A stretch of DNA of 64,000 bases from an uncultured Ignavibacteriaceae bacterium (GTDB lineage Bacteria > Bacteroidota > Ignavibacteria > UBA10030), in assembly GCA_964651225.1 (NCBI GenBank), contig CAZYYD010000004.1, positions 8,932-72,931 on the forward strand, read 5' to 3'. Of this stretch, positions 45,076-54,326 are shown piece after piece. The notes below the pieces were generated by a model, which did not search any database, was not told the DNA's origin, and worked only from the letters and a program-made list of their open reading frames with translations. Positions within the stretch are counted from its first letter, which is position 1. Each line of letters starts with the position of its first letter. Made by a program: the position numbers and the translations under genes.

Positions 45076-46302
45076 TCATTCATATTGTACACTTGGCTTG
45101 GGGAGTTCTGCGTTCTTTCTGAGAATCTCCTGATTCGTCTTGTCAATGTCAGCATTCGCCCTCGAAATATCGCGGGTCCATTTATCCACTGCAATTTGAT
45201 ACTGTTGCTTGACGCTGTTTCTAGTTTTAGCATTCTTCTGAATATTTTCCTCAGAAGCCATTTGCACATCTTCGGTCTTAAACACCATTAACCCCCCCCC
45301 TCCAAGAATTGCTATACCCCCTCCATATTTTAGTGCGTCTGATTCAGCATGTGGTGCCGCCACAACCGCGGTACCCAACGCAAGAAAGGTTATCCCCCAA
45401 AACAGAGTCTCAGTGCTGTGTTTCGAAACCATTACTTGCTCGGGCAACATTCGTGCATTCCGTCTTTCGAAAGTTTCGAAATCTATGTAATCAGGATGGC
45501 TAGCGATGGTTTTTGTCGGAATTGTGGCTGACAAATAGGGAACAAAGACTTTGGCCAAGAGTTTCGGTCTAATGGTAACAGAGTATGCTTGAATTCCCAT
45601 TCCATCTCGCCAAGATAGACTATAATCACCGATGGGCAATTTTATCCTTGAGCCATTGGTTAGGCCTTGGATCAGACCACCTTCCAGGGGGAGTACATTA
45701 ATGTAAAAGTTATTAGTTGCGTTTATCTCTAATTCTCCCACCTTGTAAGATTCATAGAAATCTATCTTCAAAGTTGTGGTCTTGTTTTTGAGAATTTCTG
45801 TGATCTTGTCGACATCCACTGACTTGTTCCATGGTTCCGGCAACCACACCGAAGCACGCAGTCTGTGTAAGCCAACCCCAAGTTCTTCTACCGTAAAGGG
45901 AGTTTTTTCCTGGACTGTTTGCCCGTCGATGGTCACAGATGCTTCGCTTGGAGAAGTTATGACTGTCAACTTTCCCAGTCCCTGTTCAATTGATTTGGTC
46001 TCACCCCTCTTTAATTTGAATCCCTCCTTTTTATGTAATACTACTGTACGCTTCTCTATTTCGTCTGCTATTATTCTAACCTGAAATGATTCATTCTCAT
46101 AGCTTTCAAAACTCAATTCAACACTATGCATCCCAGGAGTTAGTTCTATCACTGTTAGTGGGGTGACACCGAGTGTCTTTCCATCAATTACAACATTCGC
46201 CCCTTCTGGATTAGAATATAACTTTAGGTATCCAGTCTTTTGCTGAGCTGGCAGGAAAGAAGTTAAAATGCAGAGTGTTAAAAGAATTGGTGTTATTTTC
46301 AT
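45076..46302 (-). CDS. PEGA-domain protein with C-terminal TM and coiled-coil
   Basis: It has a signal peptide and two PEGA-like modules (NPEGANVVIDGKTLGVTP; SPSEASVTIDGQTVQEKTP). Confidence 0.6.
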   Translation of the reverse strand: MKITPILLTLCILTSFLPAQQKTGYLKLYSNPEGANVVIDGKTLGVTPLTVIELTPGMHSVELSFESYENESFQVRIIADEIEKRTVVLHKKEGFKLKRGETKSIEQGLGKLTVITSPSEASVTIDGQTVQEKTPFTVEELGVGLHRLRASVWLPEPWNKSVDVDKITEILKNKTTTLKIDFYESYKVGELEINATNNFYINVLPLEGGLIQGLTNGSRIKLPIGDYSLSWRDGMGIQAYSVTIRPKLLAKVFVPYLSATIPTKTIASHPDYIDFETFERRNARMLPEQVMVSKHSTETLFWGITFLALGTAVVAAPHAESDALKYGGGIAILGGGGLMVFKTEDVQMASEENIQKNAKTRNSVKQQYQIAVDKWTRDISRANADIDKTNQEILRKNAELPKPSVQYE

Positions 46303-46502
46303 TGCAGCGCCTCAGATATTTTACGTGTTTTGAAGCCATAGATGCGAAGAAATGACATTTAGACCGTCAGATCACTGGAGTTTCTTCAGAAATGGTTGAA
46401 TGTACACACCTCCATCCCTCTGGGCACCAAAACGATTTGTCTGCCAGGTGCCGTAACGTCATGCTCACTCAACTCGCTGAATGATATTGGAAAGAAGTAA
46501 AT

Positions 46503-47078
46503 TCATTCAAAGCCTTCTTTGATTGAACCATCCTCTAAATCAACGATATAAATGCATTTGTTTATGCCTTCTTTATATACTTGCTCTCGCTTTGCGTAGT
46601 CGTTCTGACCCATTCCCGTTAGGCTATAAGAAATCAGAATCTGGTGTTGTAGGAATTTGCTCATCGCAAACATCTTCCATCTGCTATCCGTACCTCTGAA
46701 AACATAGAATATGAAGCCTATAGATTCCCTGTACGTATCTATAAATGGCACATCTGGAGTCGCTTGGCTAAAAACTCTAGCAATTCGTTCGGAAATTTCT
46801 GGTATAGCCATTCGATACTTACCTTCGCACCATTTATCGTTGAACAATTTTAGAACGGATTCTATGTGGGCACTTTTGACTTTGCTGTATCCTCCGACGT
46901 CTGGAATGGGAGTGATTTTGAAACCATGATCGGACATCATTCCATCTTTCTGGCTAAATCCTCCATAGCTTGATACGTAAATCTTCGTATCATCATCTTC
47001 ATACGCTAAATGTTGAGTGACACATCCAACAAACCCAAATGCAACACTCACTAGAATCGTGAATACTTGAAACTTCAT
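46503..47078 (-). CDS. lipoprotein, hypothetical
   Basis: The ATG at 47078 gives MKFQVFTILVSVAFGFVGC. The longer track ORF overlaps the upstream gene. Confidence 0.5.
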   Translation of the reverse strand: MKFQVFTILVSVAFGFVGCVTQHLAYEDDDTKIYVSSYGGFSQKDGMMSDHGFKITPIPDVGGYSKVKSAHIESVLKLFNDKWCEGKYRMAIPEISERIARVFSQATPDVPFIDTYRESIGFIFYVFRGTDSRWKMFAMSKFLQHQILISYSLTGMGQNDYAKREQVYKEGINKCIYIVDLEDGSIKEGFE

Positions 47079-47097
47079 GATGTCTCCTTTCTGCTGG

Positions 47098-48594
47098 TCA
47101 CCGGATTTGATTGTAGAGTATTTTGATTTCGCTTTCAGAGAGTGGTCGATTGTAAAAGCGGATATCATCGATTTTACCCTGAAATGCCGTATTGGTTGCA
47201 CCGCCCCGAGAACCAAATGTCCAATCGGCTGGCGTAGCAATTAAAGCACCGGAACTCGGCCAGGATCCCACGACGCTGCCGTTCCTGTAAATTTTGATGA
47301 CTTCTGGTCCCATCGTGACAGCAATGAACGTCCATTGATTTCTGCTGACAACGCTGCCCGAACGGAATGGTGTATCTTTGATGTGACATCCGAGAGTGCT
47401 ACCGATAGATGTCTCGATGAAAAAGTCGATTTGCGTTGATTTGTTAATAGCGTGTGCATTATAAGCACCATTTTGATAATACACCCAAGCAGCTAGTGTG
47501 AAGTAAGCGGGATTGAGCATTGGTGAATTCAATACTCTTATGAAATCTGTGCTTCCATTAAAACCATATGCTCGGTTTGCCGCGTTGAAGCGGTCTGTTG
47601 TTAATTTTGGACCAAAAACTTGGCCATTGTTTCCGTTGCCGCTGGCATCTGAAGCGTCACCATCAAAGGGATAATATGCAATAAGACCATCAGATATAGT
47701 TCTTGCATTGGATGTAGGTTGTTTATTAGGTGTTTTCGATTGTTCATTGGCATTGATTGATACGCTTGTCGGAGTGACATCCGTTGACTCGCTTATCATT
47801 GCTTCATTCAGGATTTCCATTTGTTGAAGAAACTTCTGATATGGAGCATATGCCATGAGACCCACTTTCTTATCTTTAAGGATGTCTATAACATCTTTAA
47901 TAAAGAAAGCACTTTTAGTTATAGGGAGTTTGTTTTCTATACCTAAAGACTGTTGATATTCTCTATCAAATTTATCAACTAATTCCCGAATGACTTTCTT
48001 TGCAACGACTTTAGAAATGGAATATTTTGTATCGATGGTTTCATTATAAAGTGTTCGTGCTATCATTAGTTTTCTCACACCCCATCTACGCTTCATAAAT
48101 TCTTTTGCATCTTCTTCTGAAAGCGATTTCTTTGATCGAGCTTTTTTCACTATCTCATATGCTATCTGATAGTCATCCCACCCATTGTAGACAAGCTGAT
48201 TGCTAATATTTTGGCAGGTCTTACTTGGCGTCTCAACCGCGGTTTCTATAAGATCAAGAAAGAAGTCTTTTCCGACATCGGTAAGGGTTTTAAAAAATCC
48301 ACCGTTCACAAGGTCGATTGTCAGTTTTGGCGATTCAAGCAGGACATATGCGCCTCCATAAAGGGCTGCCTTCCCCCCAACTTTGTAAACGCCAAAAACA
48401 CTATAATAGAATACAGGATCCCACAACAAAGTGGTTTGGCGAATTTCTTCTTTTGCCTGAGCTACAACATCAATTTGTATCTCAGAGGGGGCATTGGTAT
48501 GGGGTGACGATTTTGGTGGGGTAGAGCCAGCAAATGCATGGCTATACATTGCAAACAAAACAAAAGTGATTGAAATAGGGCCAGCTAGTTTCAT
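47098..48594 (-). CDS. secreted protein with C-terminal LamG/concanavalin-like lectin domain
   Basis: It has a signal peptide. The C-terminal GLIAYYPFDGDASDASGNGNNG…WTFIAVT…GKIDDIRFYNRPLSESEI is typical of Laminin_G_3-type domains. Confidence 0.62.
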   Translation of the reverse strand: MKLAGPISITFVLFAMYSHAFAGSTPPKSSPHTNAPSEIQIDVVAQAKEEIRQTTLLWDPVFYYSVFGVYKVGGKAALYGGAYVLLESPKLTIDLVNGGFFKTLTDVGKDFFLDLIETAVETPSKTCQNISNQLVYNGWDDYQIAYEIVKKARSKKSLSEEDAKEFMKRRWGVRKLMIARTLYNETIDTKYSISKVVAKKVIRELVDKFDREYQQSLGIENKLPITKSAFFIKDVIDILKDKKVGLMAYAPYQKFLQQMEILNEAMISESTDVTPTSVSINANEQSKTPNKQPTSNARTISDGLIAYYPFDGDASDASGNGNNGQVFGPKLTTDRFNAANRAYGFNGSTDFIRVLNSPMLNPAYFTLAAWVYYQNGAYNAHAINKSTQIDFFIETSIGSTLGCHIKDTPFRSGSVVSRNQWTFIAVTMGPEVIKIYRNGSVVGSWPSSGALIATPADWTFGSRGGATNTAFQGKIDDIRFYNRPLSESEIKILYNQIR

Positions 48595-49733
48595 CTTGAG
48601 CCTCCACGCATGTCATGTGAATTATCAACGAAACTTCTCATCAATTGAGAGCAAATTTGTTTCTTCAGTCTTCCATATGTTGATTTGTTACCCGGGATTA
48701 TTAAATGCCGTTACTGACATGATAATTTGGAGTTTGACGGTACCGAGCGAGACCGGTTTACTGTCCTGTCCAACATCTGGACAACTAATCGATATTGAAG
48801 ACTGCCATGCGCGTCAGAAGTACAACTGAGACTGGCAGAGAATCTGCAAATAATTCATAGCAGGTTTGCAGTGTTTTGGACGGACCGGACCGGAAGACAA
48901 ACAATAATTATTACTCATTGATTTGTTATATGAATATAAGCTACCATGGCTATATGTGCCGTTGGCGCAAAACTGTGAGTGATAACATTGCAAAAAGAGT
49001 TCGTCGTCCGTATCACTTCTTCCGCTCCTTCTCCCAAAACAACAAAGCCTCTGCCAGCTTTCGTCAACAGAGGCTTCTAAGTTTTCGTTGTAGCTGGGGT
49101 CAATTTTTTTCTATGAATATGGAGCTATTTTCACGAAATGTCAAACGCGGGGGCACGGTTCAGCTAATAGCCTCGACCAACAGGTCGTTCGATTCTGGGA
49201 TTGTTTGAAGTTGTTGAATAAAATTAGTGCATTTGTCGACGCTCTGTGTCTTGTGGGTTCTTACTGCTTTCAGTAATAACGGATAATCCTCAAAGTTTAT
49301 TATATTACTCGACACATAGCTTAAGAATTCTTCCGCATATTTAGGGTTCGATGGGACCTAAGAAAGATTTGATGGCGGGTCAATAATTTTGATAGAGTGC
49401 AAATGAGGAAGGAACATTTTGAACAAGTTCTTGATCTTTAATACCTGTTATACCAGAAAAAGTAATCTGGTTTATTGAAGAGATAGGATAACCTCTAATT
49501 GTTCCATCCTTCTTCTCGACAAGCATAGAATCAGACAGTACAAGACAGAAAGACGAACAAGATAGAAGAAGTAGGTAAATGCAAAATAATCGATTCCAAT
49601 AAAAAATCCCCGGCGACGCCCTTTCGCCGAGGATCTAAAAGGGAGTATTCCCTCTGGACAGAGGTCAGTGGAAACATACAAATCCTCTAAGTAATTGTCA
49701 ACTTCCTACGCGATACAAAGCGACAACAGACCG

Positions 49734-50225
49734 TTACGGTTCAACAATAATGTCGTTTTGATAATTACGAGTAAAATTATCTGATCGTGCGATGAGAAGC
49801 ACTTTTTCCAGAGTGGTTCCCTTTCTATTCTCCTCATACCAATCGACAATTCTATCTACGGTAAAGCGCACTCTTAGATTATCGAGTTCAACATTGTTCT
49901 CTGCAACTCTGACGCCTGTAAAAGCAACACTTCGAAGATTTTTCTGAGAGATTAAGGAAAGAAGTCGATCAATTGTTGTTTTGCATTCATCATCTGACAT
50001 ACGCTCTCCCTTGATGCAGCAGAGATACTTGTTGCCATATGGAATTAATTGAAAATGTTGTTCTTCAAACGGATTAGATATTGCTTCCGATGCTGGATAC
50101 TGTCCCATAAATTCAGTGTAATCACGGCGGAAATCCATTCCATAATGACCAATGATGGCGATTACATCGCAAAGCTGAATTCCTTCATGGAAAATATCTC
50201 CTTTTCTAAATTGAATTGTAAGCAT
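49734..50225 (-). CDS. hypothetical protein (faint macro-domain-like features)
   Basis: The ATG at 50225 follows GGAGG. RKGDIF…DVIAIIG and SVAFTGV are weakly reminiscent of macro domains. Confidence 0.4.
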   Translation of the reverse strand: MLTIQFRKGDIFHEGIQLCDVIAIIGHYGMDFRRDYTEFMGQYPASEAISNPFEEQHFQLIPYGNKYLCCIKGERMSDDECKTTIDRLLSLISQKNLRSVAFTGVRVAENNVELDNLRVRFTVDRIVDWYEENRKGTTLEKVLLIARSDNFTRNYQNDIIVEP

Positions 50226-50391
50226 AACCTGACCTCCAGATAGATTGATCGAGATATATAGTAATAATCGGTGAAAAGACTGGCACCATATTATTTGTCT
50301 CAACGCTAATTATTTATCTTTTCACAAACGGCGACCATTTAAACCTTGTGTTTTCTAAAATCGGTTAACATCCCACCTATACAACACACAA

Positions 50392-51063
50392 CTACGGATG
50401 CTGTTCATTCCACGCAAATATATTATCAAAGAGGTCAAAGTCGTCTCCCCATGCACTTGGGTGATTCGCTCTGATAACCCTATCGACAGACAGAATTTCT
50501 CCCAATTCTCCGTCAAGGAAAAGCGGTCCGGGTCCTCCTTGGTTTGCATTTCCTATAGCAATAACCAAGTGAGTTGGACTTAACAGTTGAATTTGCTCAA
50601 ATAGTTTTGACTTATTTAGTGTATAGCCTGATCTAAGAACATCGTCAGGTGTCTTTTTATTATTATAATCTATTTTTAAGATGTTAATCCAAGCGATGCT
50701 TTTCCTAAAATCTTTGCAATTACTTGGGGGATCAATCTTTTCAACAGAATGTTGTTCTAAATAATAAGATGCTTGACATATTTTTCCAACTAATTTACGA
50801 TCAGCACTCATATTTACGTTTCTATCGCTACCAATAATTGGATAATCTATGTATACATGATTAACCCAGTTTGGAATAGTCTCCCATCTTGGATATCCTT
50901 CTTGGCCAAATAATCTATAGGCCTCCTTAAGAATAAATAATATCCTTTTCGGCTGTCGCCAATAATCGCATGTTATTGGTCCATCCTTAATAAAATATGG
51001 ATGCCGACTTGCCCATTCATTAATAAAGGTTGTATACCTGACACATTCTTGCGATTCACACAT
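50392..51063 (-). CDS. hypothetical protein, UDG-superfamily-like motif order
   Basis: It has RILFILKEA, WINILKI and ANHPSAWG in the order of UDG family 4 motifs. It is paralogous to 52896..53453. Confidence 0.4.
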   Translation of the reverse strand: MCESQECVRYTTFINEWASRHPYFIKDGPITCDYWRQPKRILFILKEAYRLFGQEGYPRWETIPNWVNHVYIDYPIIGSDRNVNMSADRKLVGKICQASYYLEQHSVEKIDPPSNCKDFRKSIAWINILKIDYNNKKTPDDVLRSGYTLNKSKLFEQIQLLSPTHLVIAIGNANQGGPGPLFLDGELGEILSVDRVIRANHPSAWGDDFDLFDNIFAWNEQHP

Positions 51064-51212
51064 AGATCCCTCTGAACATATTATTCGATTAATAACAAAT
51101 CATCCTTTCACCAACATCCCGATAACTGAGGTCGGTCTGACTTAAGGTAGACAACAGAGGCATCATTCGCAATTGATGGTCTGTGTCAGTCCAAATCTTC
51201 TAATTGATCGTA

Positions 51213-51401
51213 TTATTTATCCCCATAGAATATTTCTTTGACCGCACTTAGAAGCGCATTATACTGGTCTTCCATATTGTGCAGATCCTGTGGAAGTGAG
51301 AATGCTAGTGCATATTTCTTCGGGAGATATTCCCTGAAAGGAATTCCATTTTTAGTCTTTGGCCAAGGATTAGGATCCTTTAAAAGGGCTTTTTTAAACA
51401 C
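51213..51401 (-). CDS. small hypothetical ORF (GTG start)
   Basis: The call rests on the ORF alone. Confidence 0.25.
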   Translation of the reverse strand: MFKKALLKDPNPWPKTKNGIPFREYLPKKYALAFSLPQDLHNMEDQYNALLSAVKEIFYGDK

Positions 51402-51530
51402 CTTAGTAACGACCTCACTACAGCATATAACCAGATTGTTACGTTTCAGAGCCTACCGGACAGATGAGGGTGTAAAACTAAGAGATGGTTTTGAGTATAT
51501 TAGAACATCTTTTAGCACAGGAGAACCACC

Positions 51531-51896
51531 ATGGTCCAGCCATCAAGCAGTGAAAGTGTAGTCCGGGAAATCAGACGAAAGACCCGGCAGAAATATAGCA
51601 GCGAGGAGAAGATCCGAATCGTCCTGGAGGGATTACGCGGAGAAGTAGGAATTGCAGAACTTTGTCGCCGAGAGGGTATTCACGCCAACCTGTATTATAA
51701 GTGGAGTAAAGAGTTCTTAGAAGCAGGCAAGAAACGATTGCAGGGAGATACGGTACGGGAAGCCAGCAGCGTTGAAGTCGTAGAATTGAAAAAGGAGAAT
51801 GATCAACTCAAACAGTTGGTGGCAGAACTGTCCCTGAAGCATCGTGTGCTTAAAAAAAGCTTGAATGGTTTGGAGTCCGGCTTCGAGGAAGCATGA
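51531..51896 (+). CDS. IS3-family transposase OrfA (HTH)
   Basis: It has RKTRQKYSSEEKIRIVLEGLRGEVGIAELCRREGIHANLYYKWSKEF plus a leucine-zipper-like tail. AGGAG precedes the ATG. Confidence 0.88.
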   Translation: MVQPSSSESVVREIRRKTRQKYSSEEKIRIVLEGLRGEVGIAELCRREGIHANLYYKWSKEFLEAGKKRLQGDTVREASSVEVVELKKENDQLKQLVAELSLKHRVLKKSLNGLESGFEEA

Positions 51897-52888
51897 GGTA
51901 CCGTCAGGCAGAGAAGATGGAGATCATTCGGATCGTGGAATCCTCGGAAATAGGTGTGACTCGCACATTGGAAGAATTGCAGGTGAATCGCAGCACTTTC
52001 TATGAGTGGTATCAACGCTATCGTCGCGAGGGATATGATGGGCTTGCACTCAAACAACCGCATCCCAAACGATTCTGGAACAAGATCCCTGATCATGAGA
52101 AGGAACAAATTGTTTCTATCGCCTTAGAACGCCTCGAAGACACACCACGGCAGCTGGCGTGGCATATTACCGATACACAGGGCTATTTTATCTCAGAATC
52201 GAGTGTTTATCGGATACTCAAGCAATACGACTTGGTCCCCAGTCCGAACTACATTGTTCTGGCAGCGGCCGATCAATTTCAGCACCCGACCAATCGTGTC
52301 AACGAGATGTGGCAGACAGATTTCACCTACTTCAAGATCATCAGTTGGGGCTGGTATTATTTGGGCAGCATCTTGGACGACCACTCCCGATACATCATTG
52401 CCTGGAAACTGTTCACGTCTATGGCAACAACGGATGTCAAAGAACTCCTTGATCTTGCCGTTGAAAAGACGGGTGTTGAGCACGTTGCGGTCAGACATCG
52501 TCCACGACTGCTTTCCGATAATGGTGCTTGTTACGTCTCTGATGAATTAAGGAAATATCTCACGTCCAAAGGCATGACACAGACGCACGGAGCACCATAT
52601 CATCCGATGACCCAAGGAAAGATCGAGCGGTATCATCGCTCGATGAAAAATGAGATCAATTTGCAGAAGTATTATATGCCGTGGGAACTGGAACAGGAGA
52701 TCGAACGCTTTATTGATTATTACAACAATAGGCGCTATCACGAAGCCCTGGATAATGTCACCCCAGCAGATGTATATTATGGCAGACAACGGGAGATCAT
52801 TACACGGAGGGAACGACTCAAACAGAAGACTCTCAAGGCACGAAAAAGATACAATTTATCACAATCAACAGCTCAAATCATCTCTTAG
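51893..52888 (+). CDS. IS3-family transposase OrfB (DDE/rve integrase core)
   Basis: It has WQTDFTYF, LLSDNGACYVS and PMTQGKIERYHRSMKNE. There is an ATGA overlap with orfA. Confidence 0.9.
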   Translation: MRYRQAEKMEIIRIVESSEIGVTRTLEELQVNRSTFYEWYQRYRREGYDGLALKQPHPKRFWNKIPDHEKEQIVSIALERLEDTPRQLAWHITDTQGYFISESSVYRILKQYDLVPSPNYIVLAAADQFQHPTNRVNEMWQTDFTYFKIISWGWYYLGSILDDHSRYIIAWKLFTSMATTDVKELLDLAVEKTGVEHVAVRHRPRLLSDNGACYVSDELRKYLTSKGMTQTHGAPYHPMTQGKIERYHRSMKNEINLQKYYMPWELEQEIERFIDYYNNRRYHEALDNVTPADVYYGRQREIITRRERLKQKTLKARKRYNLSQSTAQIIS

Positions 52889-52895
52889 GAAATAT

Positions 52896-53453
52896 TCAAT
52901 TTTGTCCAATTGACTTTGACGACATACAGTTGTAGAAATGGAATTGCATCTTTATAAGGTGAGAATGCTCAATGGCATAATGTTCCAGATTTTCTTCATT
53001 TGTAGTTCCATCCCCCGGCGTCTTTTTTAGGTTGAAAAGGACAACATCATTCAAAGCACATATACGCGTATAGGCACTGATTTCTTTTATTACTTTCCAT
53101 GGAATGTCAGCCGGAAGATTTCGGATCCCCACTGTCCATCTCGCCAAAGTATCGAGCATCGGAACCGGTTCGTAGCTGCGAATTTTATCAATGAGACTCC
53201 ACCCTCCTTGACCTGGGCTCTTGGGCTCTTTAAGAAGAAATAGAATTTTTATTTTGCTAGCGAGATAAGATCCTTCCTCAACAACACCATCTAGAACAAT
53301 TTCCTTGAGATCGAGCGGATACTTTGAAAAGTATTTTCTTTCTTTTTGCCTAATTGTAGATCGAAAAACACCACAGAACCCGATATTCACTTTTCTCATG
53401 TTCGAACCAATCATCAATAATGGTTTTTTATTCATTTTGAATATCTGGATCAA
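52896..53453 (-). CDS. UDG-fold-like protein, 3' end fused into the IS right end (probably truncated)
   Basis: It has KILFLLKEPK and VVLFNLKKTPG, which parallel 50392..51063. The last four codons (IGQN-stop) lie inside the IS terminal repeat. The start is uncertain (TTG 53453, ATG 53435, 53414 or 53399). Confidence 0.5.
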   Translation of the reverse strand: MIQIFKMNKKPLLMIGSNMRKVNIGFCGVFRSTIRQKERKYFSKYPLDLKEIVLDGVVEEGSYLASKIKILFLLKEPKSPGQGGWSLIDKIRSYEPVPMLDTLARWTVGIRNLPADIPWKVIKEISAYTRICALNDVVLFNLKKTPGDGTTNEENLEHYAIEHSHLIKMQFHFYNCMSSKSIGQN

Positions 53454-53456
53454 GAA

Positions 53457-54302
53457 TCATAAGCTTGAGAAACCAAGATTATAGTCAATAAAGCTGACAT
53501 TGACCTGTCCCCCATAGCCCTTGTGCTTCTCGCATGGACAATTAGAAGAAGAAAGTGTAGCGCCAATAACAAAGCGAGTGCCCACTTTTTCTCCATTATA
53601 TAGATATGCCGATGAAGTAGTTGGTTCCAATCGGAGGAATACATCGGATATTGTTTCAAAATCGCGTCGAAGGGAAACAGATTTGCCTGTCTTTAATGGC
53701 GCTTTAACAAAAACAGGTATATTGAAATTATCAGCCAGTTCTTTAAGCTGCCGTGGCATGTGCTTTTCCTCAAAGAATTGTTCAATATAGCCAATATCAT
53801 CAACAATGATACTTTTAGGTGGAGTTTTAATCATGGCTCGCACGAAATCCTTCCAACCTAAATTTGCCGAATCGCCAAGATCAATAGATGTCGTGTGTAG
53901 GAGTTCTACATTTTCTTGTTTTGACAGAAATTGCTGAGCAAGACTTGGGGATGAAACGCCAAGAAACCTTGCTATATTCTGATCCATATCCCCTAAACTC
54001 CCTCCCACCTCTACATAATCAACTTTGAACTTTTTCGCCAACCCCTGATAGAGAAATGTATGGACGAGGAATGCATTGAGTATTCTATCATCAGGGCCAA
54101 AGATTGAAATCAGCTGACCGCCAAAGAACCCATTGGAAAGTGAATCAATATTCTTTATCCCAACTCCAAGGCCTGCTATATCATTGGTCGATTCGAAGTT
54201 ATCCTTGGGTTCGAAAACTTTATTGGATTTGCACGCATTCAAATCAAGCGGCTTGATAAAAGGGAAGCTTGTTAACGCCTTAAGTGCAGATCTTCTTTCC
54301 AT
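53457..54302 (-). CDS. degenerate RecA/KaiC/DnaB-C-like protein (P-loop lost)
   Basis: GIKNIDSLSNGFFGGQLISIFGPDDRILNAF has the GxxGxGKT position replaced, and SIIVDDIGYI is Walker B-like. The ATG at 54302 lies 8 nt after GAGGAG. Confidence 0.5.
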   Translation of the reverse strand: MERRSALKALTSFPFIKPLDLNACKSNKVFEPKDNFESTNDIAGLGVGIKNIDSLSNGFFGGQLISIFGPDDRILNAFLVHTFLYQGLAKKFKVDYVEVGGSLGDMDQNIARFLGVSSPSLAQQFLSKQENVELLHTTSIDLGDSANLGWKDFVRAMIKTPPKSIIVDDIGYIEQFFEEKHMPRQLKELADNFNIPVFVKAPLKTGKSVSLRRDFETISDVFLRLEPTTSSAYLYNGEKVGTRFVIGATLSSSNCPCEKHKGYGGQVNVSFIDYNLGFSSL

Positions 54303-54326
54303 TAATATTCTCCTCACCAACAAGTA

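Larger units (their letters stand above)
51458..52907 (+). mobile_element. IS3-family insertion sequence
   Basis: It has imperfect terminal inverted repeats (GGACAGATGAGGG…CTAAGAGATGG on the left and the reverse complement of …CATCTCTTAG…TTTGTCC on the right) enclosing orfA and orfB. No flanking direct duplication is visible. Confidence 0.8.

Noticed and set aside
37625-51063. An integron-like gene-cassette array: many small unidirectional orphan genes with repeated intergenic motifs containing GTTAGAAC / GTTCTAAC-like cores.
   Set aside because: No IntI-type integrase is present; the only tyrosine recombinase, at 57718..58752, looks like a phage/ICE integrase. I also could not find paired RYYYAAC…GTTRRRY inverted cores at attC-like spacing after each ORF. 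The motif copies are single, not palindromic pairs. It is kept only as a repeat observation.
51531-52888. Programmed -1 ribosomal frameshift between IS3 orfA and orfB.
   Set aside because: orfB has its own ATG, which overlaps the orfA stop as ATGA. I did not see an A-AAA-AAG-type slippery heptamer at the junction, so simple translational coupling is the more economical reading.
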